DNA of 64,000 bases from Nostoc sp. (GCA_036918135.1 JBALDB010000036.1:1-64000); one strand, 5' to 3'; counted from the first letter of the stretch, positions 20,067-30,511 are shown. The notes: generated by a model not told the origin, from the letters alone. A program made the numbers and translations.

Positions 20067-22457
20067 ATGCAAGGAGAATTTAGAGGCGATTTTACTCGTG
20101 ATACCTACGACAAAAGCAAGCACTTTCTTCGAGTATTGATGCAACAAGGTCGAGTGCAATTAGATGCAGATTTCAACGAACAGACATCGATTTTATTAAA
20201 TCGCTTGCAAACTTTAGCCAAAGATATATTTGGGCTACAAGGTGGCCCAGAGTATAACTGTGGTTTTGAATTTATCGCTACTGAAGAGCAGATTAATAAT
20301 ATTAATAACCTGAACGATGAAGAAAAACAGAAATTAAAGCAACTGCTCCAATCTCAAAGCTATTTAATTAGCAAAGGCAATTATTATGTAGATGGTATAC
20401 TTTGTGAAAATGAGGAATTTATACCTTATTTTCAGCAACCAGATTTTACGCCGGAACTGATAGATACTTGTCAAGTCCAACTAAAAGGAGCAACATATCT
20501 TGCTTATCTTGATGTTTGGGAACGACATATAACTCCCATTGAAGATTATGACGAGCGCAAAATTAATATTCGTGAAGTTGCTTTAGGGGGAGCGGATACT
20601 GCAACTCGCTCTAAGTTAGTTTGGCAAGTCAAGCTCAAACAATTAAAAGAGGATAAAGATATTGAAACGGTTGCCAAGCAAGTTACCAAGGAGCGTGATT
20701 ATTTTTATAGTTTACTAGGTAAAGAATTAATCAAGCCTGGAGAAGGCAAAATTATTGCCAGAGTTACAAAACCTAATTCTACAGGAATCAACGATACTTG
20801 TGTTATTCCCTTTAATTCCAAGTTTCGTGGTACAGAAAACCATCTTTATCGTGCGGAAATTTTTACAGTTCCTACTGTGAATAACAATAATCAATTATCA
20901 TTTGTTTGGTCACGAGAAAATAGCTCAATTGGTTTTCCGATTGTGACATCTGCTGAAATTAATTACTCAGCGATCGCATTTACGTTAGAACATTTAGGAA
21001 AGGACAAAGATTGCAGTTTATCAGCAGGTGATTGGGTTGAAATTGTCGATGATGATTATGTGCTTCAAAATGGCGATCGGCAACTGCTAAAAGTTGAACA
21101 AGTAGATTGCATTGAGAATCAAGTAATTCTTTCCGGTGATGTTAAAAATAAAACATTGCTTCCAGAAAAACATCCGCTATTACGCCGTTGGGACTCTAAA
21201 GAAGTTAAAGTAAATTTATCTGAAATTAATAATAAATGGTTTTCCCTTGAAGATGGAATTGAGATTCGATTTCAAGCAGATACTCAGAATAACTCTTATC
21301 AAGTTGGTGATTATTGGTTAATTCCTGTGCGGACAGCTACAGGCAATGTAGAATGGCCCAAACGAAAAAACAAAGAAGGAAAATTAGAGCCTCAACCTCA
21401 ACCACCACATGGGATAGCGCATTATTATGCACCTCTAGCAGTATTTTTAGGTAATCCTAATAATCTAACAGTTTATGATTGCCGAAGAAAGATTGTTAGT
21501 CAAGATAGCACCATACCATCTGTAAGTAACAAAGATAATAATCCTCTATCAGCTAATTCTCAGGAAAATCCTGTACCACCGATTAATCAGAAAGAAATTG
21601 CTACACAAACAATAACAGAATTTAACCGCATAATTAATGCTAGTTGGCATCACGACCAAGTTTTGGATGCCACTCTTACAGAATTGCAGGAAAATTCCAG
21701 CAATATTGTAGAGGATGAGTTATTTAACTTAAAATCTCAAGAGTTAAGAAATTTATTTACTAAGTTAGGTTTAGTAATTCAGTTTGAAAAACCAGTACGA
21801 ATTGATAGTTTACATAAAAGTAGCGTATCTGTTTTAGCTCACACTGATAATGTATTAAAGGGTGAAGTATTTTATATATTGCCAATGAAAGTTGAACCAG
21901 TTCAAGTTAAAAAAACTGAAACAAAATCTATCCGTTGGGCAGTTGGCAATGAGATATTAGATAGTAATATCAGTATAATTACAGAAGTTGAACCTTTTAC
22001 AAATGGAAATACTAGCTACACTCAAGCTGTTAGATTGATTACACCTGATGATTGGCCGCAAAAAGCTGTCTTTAACCAAAGTAATATTTATCAATTTACT
22101 GTTTTACTACATGGTGACTGGATTCTTAATGAAGAACGATTATTTGATAACGCAAATTTGAATTTATTAGAAGATTTAAATCAAGGTATTATTCCTGATG
22201 AATTACGCCAGCAGTTTCAAGAAAAGGGAATTTTACTCTCCCAAAATATTATTTTATTTACAGAGAAAGAAAACCTTAAATGGCGCTTAATCAACGGAGG
22301 TAAAATTAACACTATTAAAGTAGAGAACAATAAATTAACATTTAGTAAGATTCAGGCATTAGATGGTAATAATATCTGGCCTGGTGTTCCTGAAAGGTTT
22401 AGCGGAAATGGCTCTGAAGGAGGAGATTGGGTAAGTATTATTCATATTAAAACCTAA
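20067..22457 (+). CDS. DUF6519-domain protein (peripheral baseplate/fibre-type)
   Basis: GDFTRDT, VLMQQGRVQLDADFNE, YYVDGILCENE, YLDVWER, ENHLYR.EI, WSREN, GDYWLIP.RTATG. Confidence 0.8.
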   Translation: MQGEFRGDFTRDTYDKSKHFLRVLMQQGRVQLDADFNEQTSILLNRLQTLAKDIFGLQGGPEYNCGFEFIATEEQINNINNLNDEEKQKLKQLLQSQSYLISKGNYYVDGILCENEEFIPYFQQPDFTPELIDTCQVQLKGATYLAYLDVWERHITPIEDYDERKINIREVALGGADTATRSKLVWQVKLKQLKEDKDIETVAKQVTKERDYFYSLLGKELIKPGEGKIIARVTKPNSTGINDTCVIPFNSKFRGTENHLYRAEIFTVPTVNNNNQLSFVWSRENSSIGFPIVTSAEINYSAIAFTLEHLGKDKDCSLSAGDWVEIVDDDYVLQNGDRQLLKVEQVDCIENQVILSGDVKNKTLLPEKHPLLRRWDSKEVKVNLSEINNKWFSLEDGIEIRFQADTQNNSYQVGDYWLIPVRTATGNVEWPKRKNKEGKLEPQPQPPHGIAHYYAPLAVFLGNPNNLTVYDCRRKIVSQDSTIPSVSNKDNNPLSANSQENPVPPINQKEIATQTITEFNRIINASWHHDQVLDATLTELQENSSNIVEDELFNLKSQELRNLFTKLGLVIQFEKPVRIDSLHKSSVSVLAHTDNVLKGEVFYILPMKVEPVQVKKTETKSIRWAVGNEILDSNISIITEVEPFTNGNTSYTQAVRLITPDDWPQKAVFNQSNIYQFTVLLHGDWILNEERLFDNANLNLLEDLNQGIIPDELRQQFQEKGILLSQNIILFTEKENLKWRLINGGKINTIKVENNKLTFSKIQALDGNNIWPGVPERFSGNGSEGGDWVSIIHIKT

Positions 22458-22459
22458 TA

Positions 22460-23086
22460 GGGTTATGACATTGGTGAAATGGCTGCTGCCATTATCCCGT
22501 TTAGGAAACTGTATTCATCCGTCAACCCAGGTCGGGACGCATTTCCAATTGCTAATATGACTCCACATTTTTGAGGGAACCTTTGATGATGAAAACACCA
22601 AAGTCCAAATCCCGTTTCCATCAAACAGGTACGAATGGAACTTCTGACTTAAGACTAATCAACCCAAATGCAGGGGGTATTGATATCGGTTCAGAATTTC
22701 ACGCTCGTGAGTGTTCCATTCATATAGAGTCTCCGAGAGTGTCAGACGTATTGGCTGTTACACTGCTGACTTGTATGCTCTAGCTGATTGGTTGGCTGTT
22801 TGTGGAGTGAAAACTCTAGCAATGGAATCAACGGGGGTATATTGGATTGCGTTGTTTCAAATCTTGGAGACAAGGGGCTTTGAAGTTAAACTTGTCAACG
22901 CCCATCACGTCAAAACTTTACCTGGACGTAAAACTGATATTTTAGACTGTCAATGGTTGTAACAGTTACATAGCTACGGATTGTTGTCTGGTTCTTTTCG
23001 CCCAGAAGACCTTTCTTTGTGTATTACGGAGTTATATCCGCCACCGAGATAGTCTCATCAAAAGTGCTTGTGTTCACATTCAACGG
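22460..23086 (+). mobile_element. IS110-family element, 5' fragment (frameshifts, stop at 22960-22962, truncated)
   Basis: GIDIG, MESTGVYW, GRKTD..DCQWL*QLHSYGLL.GSFRP...ACVHIQR; stops abruptly at about 23086. Confidence 0.85.
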
Positions 23087-23400
23087 ACCATTCTCTATTT
23101 TGCCAATATCTCCAATGTACTGTCTGACTACCCCATCTGTAAAATTACCGCTTTTTCTATGTCCAGAATCATCAATTATTAGGCTAAAGCCTCTACTGAT
23201 TCTCGTCTGACTACACTTATTCATGATCTCTAACCGACGCTCCTTAACCTGGGAACTAGACCAAGGTGCTTCAGTTAAAAAGTGGTGTAATCGGTGATAA
23301 GTCACCCCTACAGCATTCTCTGCAATTTGAAACAGGTTTTTTCTTTCACTTTCACCCAATAATCCCCCTAAATAGTGTTTAAACTCTCTTTTTTGAGCCT
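23087..23400 (-). mobile_element. IS701-family transposase internal fragment
   Basis: YLGGLLGESERKN, LHHFLTEAPW, LIIDDSGHRKSG..TDGV.RQYIG..GKIENG. Confidence 0.85.
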
Positions 23401-23406
23401 TATTGA

Positions 23407-23571
23407 CATTGGACAAAGCACTTGTACATCAGTAGCAGGATTAAAACCAAGTTTGGGAATAAAATCTGCAATAATCAACTCGCTAATTGCTTGCACACCA
23501 TGTTCTGGCTCAAATCCTCCACCATGCCAAAGACAATCAGATTGAGGTGTATTAGAAATTAATTCAATGTT
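23407..23571 (-). pseudogene. internal fragment of a RecD2-like helicase (not in ORF track)
   Basis: Manual translation NIELISNTPQSDCLWHGGGFEPEHGVQAISELIIADFIPKLGFNPATDVQVLCPM; QVLCPM resembles the RecD2 QVL.PM motif. Confidence 0.65.
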
Positions 23572-24149
23572 GTTCCTTCGTCAACTGTCTGCTTTTTCCA
23601 AATTGGGGCACTCATCTTTAGCATTGACGACCTTGATGGACTTGGTAAACAGCCTTTCATAGACCCAGATGATATGGCGATGTAGGATAGCTCTCTCATT
23701 CCTATTGCTTTAGCAAACAGGCTTGTATCTTTGGCTGACCACCCAAGCTCTAGAATTCTTCAGAAGTTCGCTAAAGGTACAATTTTTAGTTAATAGTTTG
23801 TATAAAGGTTTCAGTTTCAGTGGAGATACACATCATATACCTAAAATTCATAACTGGGCATCATTCATAAACGAATAATAGTCCATCTTAATTTTTTAAA
23901 GTTTTGCCTAAAAATAGGAAAATATTTATACATCATCAAAGAGGCTTTTCCTTTATCAATCAGCATTTAAAAGCGAAGAAATATTTACAAAGCTTGGCTC
24001 AATATTTAAAAATACCCAATAATAAAAAATATACAATGCAAGAGTTGCAAGAGAAAATTATAGAAGCAACTATTGGGTATCGTTTAAGTCAAAAGCAATT
24101 CAATTAAAAATATAAATTATAGAATTAAAGGAGCCTGAAATAAATCAAA

Positions 24150-25397
24150 TTGATAAACAATAGAATAAAAAAATTGGATTAAGTTCGTGACTAAATCTTG
24201 ACATGGTTCTACAAAATTTATCCAAGTTTGACCATATAAGCCAATATAAAAACTGCTATGTTGCCTAACTTTACGTCCATATTCTTTAACACGATCAACA
24301 TATTTTTGGATACCTTTACGTTTAATTTTTTGCCCAGAGATAGTGGCATAAGTGTAGGCGCTCGCTATTAATAAAATTAAAGTAATTAAGCGTTCACTAG
24401 AGACATTAGTATCTTCTAAATTATAGCCACCCTTCTGAAAATCTCGAAACATTTCTCGAAGGCGGAGTATCTCCGACTCCGCTCTATATCGAATCTTCTT
24501 TTATAGGCTGCGTTCCCGCTTCGGGTTGCCGAAGGCATCGCCAATTCAAGAGTCTCTAGGTTTAAAATGAACCATCCTTCTTTGGGAGCAACACCGAATA
24601 TTTTACGTTTCCATTTACAAGCAACGTTAAAGCTGAAAAAACCTTGAGTTTTTGTAACTTTTACTCCTTGAAAAAACAAGGAAACTCCAGGTGATAATCC
24701 TAGCTGTTTTAGTTCTAGTCAAATATCTTGCTTGAGCTCTACGAAATGATTCTTTTTGAGTCGGAAACAAAAATATACATTTCTTTGTATGAGCCAGTTT
24801 GCCAGCTTTACAGAACAAAACTCTCTATCTCCCAATACACAGATTTTATAATTTTCAAAAAGTGGCAAGACCTTTGAGAGAATCTTTGTCTGCTCATCAA
24901 GATTACTATTACCTAACTTTGGTAATAAGTAAAAATATACTGGGAATGCTCTCTTGTCCCAAACTACACTGACCATAAAGAGATTTACTCGACTCCAATT
25001 TGTTCTATCTATTACTACATAAATTATTTTTTCTGTTTCAAAATATGTGGATAACCAAGTCATGACAATCAGAAACCAAACTTTTTCAATTGAAAGGTTT
25101 GGTGATGATAAAAATCTTTGTATTTTCTTTCTTCTACTTTCAAAGAAAATGGGAATAGGCAAAGAAGTAGCCAAGGTTTCTAAGCTAACTTTTTTAATGG
25201 ATTGTAGAAGATTAATCAGAATTTGGAGTAACAAATATTCTGTAAGACTGAGATTATTTTGCAGGTATGTTTGCTAAAATATAGGCAACATTTTCAATAA
25301 GTGGGTCTTCTTGACAAAGCTAGACCTACTTTTTTTATCATAAATTGCTACAACTTTTACCTCACAAGCTTTTCAGGCTACTTTGTCGCCCCGTCAG
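24150..25397 (-). mobile_element. IS4-family element, degraded (stop at codon 6, frameshifts, 3' end lost)
   Basis: ATG at 25291 then TAG; SRRKKIQRFL, IDRTNW, LGDREFCS, Y.RRFDIE..FRD..KGGYNLE; probable end CTGACGGGGCGACAAAG at 25381-25397. Confidence 0.85.
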
Positions 25398-25700
25398 CCA
25401 GAGGTGATGGGAAATTATCTGAAAGTTTCTGGAGGTCGTCATTTACCAGTCATGACATTAGAGTGGCAAGATCCTTTTTGGAAAGATTCAAAATATCCCT
25501 ATCTCTCGACTGCTGCTAAGATATTTCTCAACAGAGAAACTCGCCCATTTTATTTTGTCCAAAACCCAGCTTATAGCTTGGTTTTAAAACAGAATGTCTG
25601 GGGTAAGGCTATCAATCGAATTGTTGTAGAGAAAATTTCTCCAGAGCAAGCAGCTGATGAGGCGATCGAGCAGATAAAACAAATTTTTGCTCAATGGTAA
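25395..25700 (+). pseudogene. C-terminal remnant of an ABC-type solute-binding protein, cut by the IS4 end
   Basis: GRHLPVM...DPFW...NPAYS.V...NVWGKAI.R......SPEQAADEAI; no N-terminus. Confidence 0.7.
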
Positions 25701-25789
25701 TCAATAATTGTTTATATTAATTAAAAAAGTGTTGGCATCAATAGAAAAAAGATAAATATCTTGAAAAATCAGAAAAAACTTGTGAATAT

Positions 25790-28270
25790 ATGAAATTGTG
25801 GAATCAGCACTTAACTATTAAAGTTGCCAGTTCCTTCTTATTCCTATCCTTGGTAACTGTAGGTGTGGTAGGAGGATTTGCCTTTCTCAATGCAAGGGAA
25901 GCTTTGAAACAAGCTGCTTTTGAACGACTCAGTGCTGCTGCCACTCTTAAAGAAGAAGAAATTACCCGTTGGTTTGAAGACCAAGAACGAGACTTTCTCC
26001 TAGTCACTCAGTTTCCAAATGAACAAAAGAATTTTCAAATACTTTTAAATTCTCAAGCCTCTGATGTAGATTATCAGAATGCTTACAAAGTTCTCTCGGA
26101 TTACCTCACCAATATAGCTAAAATCAAGCCAAGTCTGGGAGAGATTTCTATTCTTGACCGTAGCAATCGGATTATTTTATCTACTAACAAGCAGCGTGAA
26201 GGTCGATATGAAATCTTAGCTAACATCACCTATATTGAACAGATTCAGCCAGAAGATTCCTTTGCCCCCATTTTCTATGTCTCACCAATTACTGGCAAGC
26301 CATCAGTTACTTTTGCAACACCTCTACGTAACGCAGCTAAGGTACGCCAAGGCGTTTTATTAGCTGATTTGAATTTAGACCGAATAGATCGGATTGTGCG
26401 GGAACGCACGGGTTTAGGTAAAAGTGGCGAAACTTATTTAGTTGGTTCTTTAGTAACTAAAAACGCTTTTATTTCTAAAGAAAAAGATAAAACATCGGAC
26501 TTTACTAATGGAGTTAGCAGCCAAGGCATTGATGCAGCAATGAGTGGAATTAGCGGCCAAGGACTTTACCCAAACTATGCCGGAGTGCTAGTAATTGGGG
26601 TATATCACTGGCTCAACGATCGAGACCTGGCCTTAATGGTAGAAATGAAGCAGGACGAAGCCTTTGCGCCGGCTCGCCGATTGGCAGGGACAATTATGCT
26701 AGTGGGTTCGTTAGCAATGGGATTTCTATTAATTGGGGTATCTTGGCTAACGCGACAGTTAAAAATTTCTGGCGAACAGTTAGAGAATTACAGCCAGAGA
26801 TTGGAGGTAAAAGCCAAAGAAGCCGAAACTGCCAACCGTGCCAAAAGCGAGTTTCTTGCAAACATGAGTCACGAACTTCGTACTCCTCTTAACAGTATTC
26901 TTGGTTTCACTCAGTTAATGAGCCGCGATTCTTCTATTAATGCTTCTCAGTTAGAACATTTAGAAATTATTAGTCGCAGTGGAGAGCATTTGTTGACTTT
27001 GATCAATGATGTGTTGTCAATGTCCAAAATTGAGGCGGGTTTAACAACACTGAACAACAATAGCTTTGACTTGTACACTCTACTTGACTCAGTTGAAGAA
27101 ATGTTTCAACTCAAAGCAGAATCCAAAGGTTTACAGTTGATGTTTGAGCGTAGACCTGAAGTTCCCAAATATGTACATACAGATGAAAGTAAATTACGTC
27201 AAGTCTTAATTAACTTCCTTGGTAATGCTGTCAAATTTACTCAAGAAGGCGGCGTTAGTTTGCGAGTTAGGATGAAGGAAGAAAGCAAACTACAGCAACA
27301 ACAAGGCATACAAGCAAGAAAAAACTCTCACCCCTCATTTTTCTGGCTGCATTTTGAAGTCGAAGACACTGGGCCAGGAATTGCACCTGCTGAAATTGAA
27401 AAGTTGTTTAAACCCTTTGTCCAAACAGAAGCAGGTCGAAAATCTCAGCAAGGAACAGGTTTGGGTCTAACCATTAGCCAACAATTCGTGCATTTAATGG
27501 GGGGAAGTATTACTGTTAGCAGTACTTTAGGTCAGGGAACAATTTTTTCTTTCGATCTCCAGATTAGCCTCGCACAAGAAGCTGAAGCTCCAATTCGACA
27601 GCTAAAACAGCGAGTAATTGGTTTAGAGCCGAATCAACCAAGGTACAAGATTTTAGTAGTTGAAGATAAATGGGAAAATCGTCAACTGTTAGTCAAAATG
27701 CTGGTATCCCTTGGCTTCGAGGTACGTCACGCTGAAAATGGTCAAGAAGGAGTGAACCTTTGGCAAACTTGGGAACCGCACTTGATTTGGATGGATATGC
27801 GGATGCCTGTAATGGATGGGTATGAAGCCACTAAACAAATTAGAGCTAGTTTAAAGGGTCAAGCTACTGTGATCATTGCTCTAACTGCTAGTGCTTTTGA
27901 CGAGGAACGGTTTGTAGTTTTATCCGCAGGCTGTAACGATTTCGTGCGTAAGCCCTTCCGAGAAGAAGTAATCTTGAATATGATGTCTAAATATTTGGGG
28001 GTACGTTATGTATATGCAGAGAAACCCCTTCAAAAAGACGAATTTGCTGAAAATTCAGACCTTAAACTTTTATCATTAGAAGAAATGCTGGCTCAGATGC
28101 CCACTGAGTGGGTGACACAGCTACACCAAGCGGCACTGTGTACTGATGAAAAGCTGATTTTCAGCTTGCTTGAGGAAATTCCTGAAGAATCTGCTGTTTT
28201 GGCAAACACTCTGTCTGATTGGGTTAATAACTTTCGTATTGATAAAGTTATTGATTTAACGCAACCGTAA
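25790..28270 (+). CDS. hybrid sensor histidine kinase (TM-Cache-TM-HisKA-HATPase-REC)
   Basis: FLANMSHELRTPLN, GNAVKFT, DTGPGI, GTGLGL, ILVVED, WMDMRMPVMDG. Confidence 0.92.
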   Translation: MKLWNQHLTIKVASSFLFLSLVTVGVVGGFAFLNAREALKQAAFERLSAAATLKEEEITRWFEDQERDFLLVTQFPNEQKNFQILLNSQASDVDYQNAYKVLSDYLTNIAKIKPSLGEISILDRSNRIILSTNKQREGRYEILANITYIEQIQPEDSFAPIFYVSPITGKPSVTFATPLRNAAKVRQGVLLADLNLDRIDRIVRERTGLGKSGETYLVGSLVTKNAFISKEKDKTSDFTNGVSSQGIDAAMSGISGQGLYPNYAGVLVIGVYHWLNDRDLALMVEMKQDEAFAPARRLAGTIMLVGSLAMGFLLIGVSWLTRQLKISGEQLENYSQRLEVKAKEAETANRAKSEFLANMSHELRTPLNSILGFTQLMSRDSSINASQLEHLEIISRSGEHLLTLINDVLSMSKIEAGLTTLNNNSFDLYTLLDSVEEMFQLKAESKGLQLMFERRPEVPKYVHTDESKLRQVLINFLGNAVKFTQEGGVSLRVRMKEESKLQQQQGIQARKNSHPSFFWLHFEVEDTGPGIAPAEIEKLFKPFVQTEAGRKSQQGTGLGLTISQQFVHLMGGSITVSSTLGQGTIFSFDLQISLAQEAEAPIRQLKQRVIGLEPNQPRYKILVVEDKWENRQLLVKMLVSLGFEVRHAENGQEGVNLWQTWEPHLIWMDMRMPVMDGYEATKQIRASLKGQATVIIALTASAFDEERFVVLSAGCNDFVRKPFREEVILNMMSKYLGVRYVYAEKPLQKDEFAENSDLKLLSLEEMLAQMPTEWVTQLHQAALCTDEKLIFSLLEEIPEESAVLANTLSDWVNNFRIDKVIDLTQP

Positions 28271-28281
28271 GAAGGTACAAA

Positions 28282-28443
28282 GTAGGGGGCATACCTGGAT
28301 TTCTCACAAGTGAGAAATCCAAGGAGTGTGGGAGGAAAAGGAGGATAGGGAAGATGGGGAAGAAATCTTTCCCCCCACACCCCCACACCTCCCACACCTC
28401 CCACACTCTTGTGAGAAATCCGGGTATAGCTATGCGCCCCTAC
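28282..28443. mobile_element. MITE-like element (20-bp TIRs) nested in a GTAGGGG...CCCCTAC palindrome
   Basis: atacctggatttctcacaag (28291-28310) and cttgtgagaaatccgggtat (28408-28427) are inverted with 1 mismatch; internal cccacac repeats. Confidence 0.7.
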
Positions 28444-28673
28444 AAATTTCTGCACTGATGTGATTGGGAATCGCTATATACGCTTTGGCCTTAGGTTACA
28501 CCACATGGTATTATCCAAGTACTCACTGATAATTTAGGATAAGTATTGTATTTCTTTAAGTGACTCAAAGGAGTCTCTTTTAGAAACGTGCTTTTAATAA
28601 TAGCTATAAATAAACTTTAGTACTTCTAAGGTATCTGATTTTAATCAAAACACTTGACTAAATAGTTATTTCT

Positions 28674-28898
28674 ATGAACCAGCATTCATTTCACGACGAA
28701 ATCAGCCTAGCAGAAAAAGCAGAAGAGTTTGGAACAAGAGCAATGAAGTTGGGGTTAATTCCTTCATTTGTTGTTCATCATTTCCCTGATAGCTGGGAAT
28801 TTTACATCCCCGATCAAAAAAGTTCAGTCCCTTTGACACCAGAAGAAGCTTATCTAAAATTGAAAAAATTAGTTGAATCTTCTTCATCCCCTGTATAG
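28674..28898 (+). CDS. small hypothetical protein
   Basis: 74-aa ATG ORF with protein-like composition in AT-rich flanks. Confidence 0.6.
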   Translation: MNQHSFHDEISLAEKAEEFGTRAMKLGLIPSFVVHHFPDSWEFYIPDQKSSVPLTPEEAYLKLKKLVESSSSPV

Positions 28899-29261
28899 AC
28901 TCAGCCATATTTCTAATAGGAAAAATCACAAAGTATTAAAAGCTGACACCTTACTCAGTATGCATTCGTTACTAGAGCGATCGCATACTGGTTGATTTAA
29001 TTTACGTTTTGATAAAGTTTTTTTTAAATTGCATAAATCTTAAAGCAATCATTGATAGATAAGTATTCTTAGGAAGCCACTATTTATTCACCAATGATGT
29101 ATTTTTTAGTACTTAAAATATTTCTGTTTTTTAACACTAATAACCTACCAAAATCATTTTTATATAACCTATATTGTCAAAAATCAACTTCAGGTAGTTT
29201 AATATTTATTAAAACTAATATAAATTAATTAAATAATTGATAAACCAAAGAGAGTAGACTG

Positions 29262-30452
29262 ATGATTAATAAAAATAACCAAGAGCAATCCCAGAATATT
29301 CTTAACAAGCTTCAACAAGATATTAATGACCTCATTAACAAAGTAGAAAATCAACTACGACTACCAGAATTAGATTTAAAAAGTGAGCAGATTCAAGATG
29401 AACTTGCAAAACAAATTATTTTACTACAACGCTTGGGAGAATATATTTCAGTAATTCAAAAAAAAAGAAGTCAGAGTTTAACTGAATGTATTACTCTCCA
29501 ATCAAAGCTTTATGCAATTAATTTAGCTTTGTCTTTTCTGTTAATGAAAAAAACAGAAAAGATAGTTTTAGCAAAACATATCAGATATAGCATTGAGTAT
29601 TTTTTGAACAACCAAAAGCCCTTAGGTTGGGTAGTTAATCTTTTCAAACGTTCTGTTCGAGAATTGTCTACACCGACCAAAGTTCTTATTGGACTGGCAA
29701 TGGCAATACCAGTATATATGATTGCAATTCCAGTTTCTTTTGGGATTGTGAAGTTTTTAGCAGGCAACGTAGATGCTCTTTCTGAAAATACTTCTGTGGT
29801 ATCAAGTCCTAGTCCTACACCTACAGCAAATTCCAATGAGAATTTATCTAAAAGTAATGAAAATATAGAGCAAAAATCACCTATAAAACGTGACCTCGAT
29901 AAGGATCAGTATGGATTAGTTATCATGGTTGCCTTATCTGGAGCTTTTGGCAGTATAGTTAGTATCTTAGTTCGACTGCAAGACTACAAATACAGAGACG
30001 AATACGTACGCTCAGTTACTCCTATTGTAGTCGGCTTTGCCAAACCCTTGACTGGGGCAGCATTTAGCATCTTTGTTTTTGCACTCGTTAGTTCCGGTAT
30101 CATAAGTTTTCCTTCCATACAATCTAATTCATCAAATTATTATTTTTACTTTTCAATTGCATTTATAGTAGGTTTTAGTGAACGCTTGGATAATGATATT
30201 GTTGAACGAGTTGGAGTTAGCTTTGGTCTCCAAAAAAGTGCAGAAAAAATTCGAGAAGATATTAATCAATCTACAGAAAATATTCAGCAAGCAACTAATT
30301 TTGTTAAAAGTACTACACCAGAGGTAAAAGAAGTGATAGAGGATGCAAAGCAAATTTTACCAGAGGTACAAGAAGCAGTAGAAGATATCAAAAATTCTAC
30401 ACCCGATCGCCCAGGAAATGCCCCTCCTAAATCTTCTCAACAAAATGAATAA
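29262..30452 (+). CDS. hypothetical membrane protein with coiled-coil ends
   Basis: About 4 hydrophobic segments with GAFGSIVS, KP..GA and AF..GFSER motifs. Confidence 0.75.
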   Translation: MINKNNQEQSQNILNKLQQDINDLINKVENQLRLPELDLKSEQIQDELAKQIILLQRLGEYISVIQKKRSQSLTECITLQSKLYAINLALSFLLMKKTEKIVLAKHIRYSIEYFLNNQKPLGWVVNLFKRSVRELSTPTKVLIGLAMAIPVYMIAIPVSFGIVKFLAGNVDALSENTSVVSSPSPTPTANSNENLSKSNENIEQKSPIKRDLDKDQYGLVIMVALSGAFGSIVSILVRLQDYKYRDEYVRSVTPIVVGFAKPLTGAAFSIFVFALVSSGIISFPSIQSNSSNYYFYFSIAFIVGFSERLDNDIVERVGVSFGLQKSAEKIREDINQSTENIQQATNFVKSTTPEVKEVIEDAKQILPEVQEAVEDIKNSTPDRPGNAPPKSSQQNE

Positions 30453-30511
30453 TATTTAGATAAATCTGATTATTTTTAATATTTGCTTTGATAAATTTAG
30501 TTATAAAAAAT

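Noticed and set aside
1..22457. Prophage tail region or T6SS
   Set aside because: No capsid, portal, terminase or integrase, and no TssJLM/TssK-type genes in the window. DUF4255, the Afp15-like ATPase and DUF4157 point to eCIS.
23572..24107. Coding remnants including the 67-aa ORF 23904-24107
   Set aside because: No recognisable family, multiple stops upstream; cannot support a call.
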